Assembly: GCA_016194445.1 (NCBI GenBank)
Contig: JACQBP010000016.1
Location: 1 to 49,399, forward strand
DNA length: 49,399 nt
Source: Candidatus Liptonbacteria bacterium
Lineage (GTDB): Bacteria; Patescibacteriota; Minisyncoccia; UBA6257; 2-01-FULL-56-20
Direction of reading: 5' to 3'
Part shown: one piece after another, positions 46,368 to 49,399 of the stretch
Numbering within the stretch: the stretch's first letter is position 1
Layout: every line of letters starts with the position of its first letter
The notes under the pieces: model-generated
Database searches by the model: none
What the model saw: only the letters and a program-made list of their open reading frames with translations
Told to the model about the DNA's origin: nothing
Position numbers and translations under genes: made by a program

Positions 46368-46368
46368 T
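46238..46368. repeat. right 131-bp inverted repeat with two GC hairpins (46263-46280, 46314-46334)
   Basis: GGCGCGC-CTCT-GCGCGCC and GGGCGGCAC-GAA-GTGCCGCCC. The stems are identical to the left copy and the loops differ. Confidence 0.85.
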
Positions 46369-46637
46369 CCTGGAGCGGGTTTGTGAAGGACGTTAGAACT
46401 TTTTTCACTTCCCCAGATTCTGCATCCGAGAAGATGGCGACATCACTTCGTCAGGTTTTGGGTAAGCCGGTCATCGCTGATTCACTCTAAGGGTAGCTGA
46501 TTCTTGGCTTGTAACAAGAGGCTGATTCTTGTCGGTTGCGACAGGTTACGCGCCCACAAGAATCAAGACTGGGCCCGGAGGTCGTTCCTTCGGCATGCGG
46601 CATTGCCGGGCTTTCCCCGAGCTTGTTGATCACCGAT

Positions 46638-46787
46638 CTAGTTGAACAGTCTGGTGACAAGGAGAAGAGCAGCGAGTGCAAGCGCAATCACCAATGCCGC
46701 CCACCCGTCTATCTCTACGGTGATCCGGCTTTTCCCGAGGGACTCGGACTTAAGAACTCTGATCGTCGAACTTTTCTTGGGCTTCAT
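46638..46787 (-). CDS. 49-aa ORF with a C-terminal TM helix (not in the ORF track)
   Basis: MKPKKSSTIRVLKSESLGKSRITVEIDGWAALVIALALAALLLVTRLFN. ATG preceded by GAGAGGAAAT. Confidence 0.35.
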   Translation of the reverse strand: MKPKKSSTIRVLKSESLGKSRITVEIDGWAALVIALALAALLLVTRLFN

Positions 46788-47338
46788 ATTTCCTCTCAGT
46801 CATAGCTCTCGCGGAATCTTAGAGCCAAGTGTCAATTTCGAGTGTCCTCACGCAGGCGCCGAAATTCCCGGCTCATTTGAGAACACGTGTTCAAGTCCGA
46901 CGGGAAGATCCGCTCGGCACCATAAACCGAAAAGGGTCAATATGTCAGGTGTCGTGGCGGTGAGAGTTCGCCACCTATGCAGGCCCACGCAACGAAGCTG
47001 AAGATCTCTCAACTTCGAGCAGCTAGCTATACGCTAACCCATCGGCGAATTGTTGTCAAGCCAGGGGTTCTTCTGGGAAGCGAATTCCAAACGAATACGT
47101 AACTCAATCCGAGAGTCGGTATTTCCACAGAGATTTTTAACAGCTAATCTGACAGAGCGAGGTCGGATCTTGTTGGTCCCCTCGGTCGGGGTGTGGTTGT
47201 CCGTTCCGCAAGATTAGAGTGCGGACACTCTGCCTAAGATTCGGCCATCTGAAATGTGGCACGACTTGCGTTGAGGAGCGTGATCTGCGAGGAGACTTAT
47301 GGCCGAGTTGACGAAGAGTTCTCGGCGGAGCGGGCTCG

Positions 47339-47950
47339 TTATCTCTTGAGCTGGCGCGTCCAGCGCAAGCAATACTGCTCTCCGATCATTGGTGCCGTGA
47401 TATTCCACGATATGCGGTTTCTTGCCAGCGCACGAGGTCCTTGGGCGGGATGCTTCGTGGAATTGCCAAAGGACACGTCTCCGTGGAAGTCACTTAACTC
47501 CATATTCGAAGTACCTTGGATCTCTATCAGAGCTGAACGGGTAGTCTTTGTGACGGTAAAGACAATATCCTCTTTGTCCTGGAGATACGAGTCGAGGAGG
47601 TCGCAGTTCCAGTCTCGCGTGAAAAACGCCTCGCATGGTAGAGGGTCTTCAAAGACCGTGGGTATTGCGTACGCCCCGCCACGCTTTTCCTTCCGGCCAA
47701 TATCAACGCGCCCTGGGTGGGATTCCATGCTATCCCAGTCGATCTTCCCGTTGTCGTCGGCGCGAAGATGACGGTCCCATATCTCCCTGATTCCCTCTCG
47801 GTGTGCGACAAGGACGTGGTGCTTCTTGAAAGTAACGCGGTGTCCAGCGTCATCCTGATAGATCACTTCAATCTTGACGTTATGTACAGTGTACTCGCGC
47901 TCATTAAGTTCACTGTCCCACCTGGGACTGGCCAGAACTCCGCCCGACAT
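47339..47950 (-). CDS. hypothetical protein (203 aa)
   Basis: ATG 47950 (MSGGVLASPRW...). The upstream extension of the track ORF reads into the IS terminal repeat and is discarded. Confidence 0.5.
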   Translation of the reverse strand: MSGGVLASPRWDSELNEREYTVHNVKIEVIYQDDAGHRVTFKKHHVLVAHREGIREIWDRHLRADDNGKIDWDSMESHPGRVDIGRKEKRGGAYAIPTVFEDPLPCEAFFTRDWNCDLLDSYLQDKEDIVFTVTKTTRSALIEIQGTSNMELSDFHGDVSFGNSTKHPAQGPRALARNRISWNITAPMIGEQYCLRWTRQLKR

Positions 47951-47974
47951 GATCCGATTGACATTTGACGCTAG

Positions 47975-49289
47975 CAGGTTGCTGAAAAAACCCTTGTGAC
48001 TGCTGTCCCATCCTTCTTTTCGCCGATTTGCATCGGATGGTGGTCTGACCCGGCGGTTTTGCGTCCGTTGATGTGCTGGTTTTCGTTCCGCTGACGCGCC
48101 GTCCACTTCTGATCATCAGGTCGGAATTGGTTGCGGACACAGCTTCGCCATGCGCAGCAGCATGTGGGCGACCACTGTCAGCTTGGTGTGCAAGGTCACG
48201 CGCTCGGCGCCCCGATAACGGGTCCGGCGCAATCCGCCCACCGTCTTCAGCCACCCGAAGCCTTCCTCGATGCGCTTGCGCACCCGCTGGCTGAGCGCAT
48301 AGCCGATACTCCGCGTCGTGCGCCCGTCCAGTCCCGGTGTCCGCCGGCCCTCCACCATCGCGATGTGCGGCGTGATACACTGCAACCACAACGCCTCGAC
48401 AAACGCCTTCGTATGGTATCCCTTGTCCGCCCCGACCGAGCGCGGACAGCCGCGCCGTCGGCGTTGGCACTGGAGCAACGCCAGCGCTGCCTCCCGCTCT
48501 CCCGTTCCCGTGGGGTCATGCACCTTCACATCGACGATCAGGCCGTGACGGTTCTCCATCAAGAGCGATACCCCGTACGACAGCTTCGCTTCCTTGCCCG
48601 CCCCTTTGCGCGCCAGTCGGGCGTCCGGATCCGTCGTGCTGCGGTGTGTCTGGTTGGTGCGCGTCTGCCCATGGAAGTCCACGGTCACGTTCCCCGGATC
48701 GTCGGCGTCAACACCCTGATCGGGCGCGTCGGTGGGACGGAAACTCTTCAACGACGCCCACGCCTCCACCAGTGTCCCGTCCACTGTGAAGTGCTCATCG
48801 GATAACAGCCCCGCCGCCTGCGCCCGCGTCACCACCGCCTGCAAAAACCGCCCCGCCACGTCATGCTGCAACAGACGGTCCCGGTTCTTCGTAAACGTCG
48901 TCGCATCAAACGACCGCTCCTCCAGGCTCATCCCCAAAAACCACCGAAACAGAATGTTGTAGTCCAGCATCTCGCAGAACAGCCGCTCCGAACGGATCGT
49001 GTATAGGGCGATCAGCAGCTGCGCCTTCAACAGCCGCTCCGGCGGAATCGACGGACGCCCCTCCTTCGCGTACATCCGGTCAAACGTCCGGGACAACGAC
49101 CCCAGCGCCTCATCCGCCATCGTCTTGATTCGGCGTAAGGGATGGTCCTGAGGCACCCGCTCCTCCGGCGACAAGTAGCTGAACATGTATCCCTGATTCT
49201 CCTCGCGACCCCGCATCGCACCCTCCTCGGCTGATGGCCATCACGATCACCATACCGCCACCAACCAGCAAGGGTTTTTCAGCAACCTG
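47975..49289 (-). mobile_element. IS5-family insertion sequence (1315 bp)
   Basis: Terminal inverted repeats CAGGTTGCTGAAAAAACCCTTG (47975-47996) and CAAGGGTTTTTCAGCAACCTG (49269-49289). Flanks are CTAG and GTAG. A single DDE transposase ORF. Confidence 0.8.
48116..49216 (-). CDS. IS5-family DDE transposase
   Basis: 366 aa. The N-terminus ...YMFSYLSPEERVPQDHPLRRIK..LFCEMLDYNILFRWFLG is typical of IS4/IS5-superfamily (DUF772) transposases. ATG preceded by GAGGAGGG. Confidence 0.9.
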   Translation of the reverse strand: MRGREENQGYMFSYLSPEERVPQDHPLRRIKTMADEALGSLSRTFDRMYAKEGRPSIPPERLLKAQLLIALYTIRSERLFCEMLDYNILFRWFLGMSLEERSFDATTFTKNRDRLLQHDVAGRFLQAVVTRAQAAGLLSDEHFTVDGTLVEAWASLKSFRPTDAPDQGVDADDPGNVTVDFHGQTRTNQTHRSTTDPDARLARKGAGKEAKLSYGVSLLMENRHGLIVDVKVHDPTGTGEREAALALLQCQRRRRGCPRSVGADKGYHTKAFVEALWLQCITPHIAMVEGRRTPGLDGRTTRSIGYALSQRVRKRIEEGFGWLKTVGGLRRTRYRGAERVTLHTKLTVVAHMLLRMAKLCPQPIPT

Positions 49290-49399
49290 GTAGGCGTTGA
49301 ACACGGAGGGATTCAATCAGCTGAGGCGCTGATGCTGGCACGACATTTCATGTATTCACAAGTGTACCTCCATCCGGTTCGAAAGAGCTACGATTTTCA

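Larger units (their letters stand above)
45012..46368 (+). mobile_element. serine-recombinase module bounded by 131-bp imperfect inverted repeats
   Basis: 45012-45142 and the reverse complement of 46238-46368 align at roughly 80% by hand. The first 30 nt, ATTAGACTTTCCGATTTTTGACCGACGAAT, are identical. Confidence 0.6.

Noticed and set aside
47256-47771. 171-aa plus-strand ORF opposite the 203-aa gene.
   Set aside because: Its Arg/Ser-rich translation has no ribosome-binding site. The minus-strand frame has a balanced composition and is the more plausible coding frame.
47910-48805. Long ORFs overlapping the transposase (47910-48470-, 48131-48805+, 48247-48519-).
   Set aside because: They are alternative frames of a roughly 65-70% G+C transposase gene. 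They are Arg/Pro/Ala-rich and have no start context, while the 48116-49216 frame has clear IS5-type motifs and an RBS.
1-49399. Alternative genetic code (TGA read as Gly or Trp), as seen in some candidate phyla.
   Set aside because: Several well-defined genes (rdgB, fumC, livG, the ABC ATPase) terminate at TGA at the expected protein length. Only one ORF (10392) has an internal TGA.

Overview
Gene-dense bacterial chromosome segment that uses the standard code: TGA is a genuine stop for rdgB, fumC, livG and the ABC ATPase gene. The gene content looks like a small-genome, CPR/Patescibacteria-type organism (LemA/DUF2207/HtpX, short IF-2, pyruvoyl arginine decarboxylase, archaeal-type UMP-kinase-like protein, SWIB, HU). 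That taxonomic placement is inference only. I support about 60 CDS or pseudogenes, 4 tRNAs (Ser-GGA, Ser-GCU, Cys-GCA, Leu-UAA), several terminators and promoters, one intact IS5-family element, two decayed large-serine-recombinase genes and two type II toxin-antitoxin pairs. No rRNA and no CRISPR array are present. The housekeeping backbone is lemA-htpX, rdgB, an ABC exporter, yhhQ, infB, rbfA, livJHMGF, pdaD, hup and an ECF sigma cluster. It is interrupted by accessory blocks. (i) 6.9-12.8 kb: an AT-richer thiol-disulfide/metal island next to tRNA-Ser(GGA). It includes a 57-aa, 10-Cys ORF missing from the ORF track and a mini zinc-ribbon ORF with an in-frame TGA at a CxxC position. (ii) 18.0-21.9 kb: a decayed integrative island at tRNA-Ser(GCU). 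(iii) 31.4-36.6 kb: TA modules, an AsnRS-like stand-alone core with a structured leader, and a 431-bp insertion bounded by perfect 57-bp direct repeats. (iv) 39.7-46.4 kb, the most interesting region. An AT-rich four-gene operon (PLP decarboxylase, unknown, SAM methyltransferase, CysRS) is bracketed by about 100-bp inverted repeats. It directly abuts a serine-recombinase gene that is itself bracketed by 131-bp inverted repeats carrying conserved GC hairpins. The first operon gene is broken by a (GCAA)4 tetranucleotide tract, and losing one unit would restore the frame. One arm of the inverted repeat carries GC-rich palindromic insertions that the other arm lacks, so the window contains its own filled-site/empty-site comparison. 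The last 3 kb is GC-richer and carries the IS5-family element. All GC statements are hand counts on a few 60-nt lines, not computed profiles.
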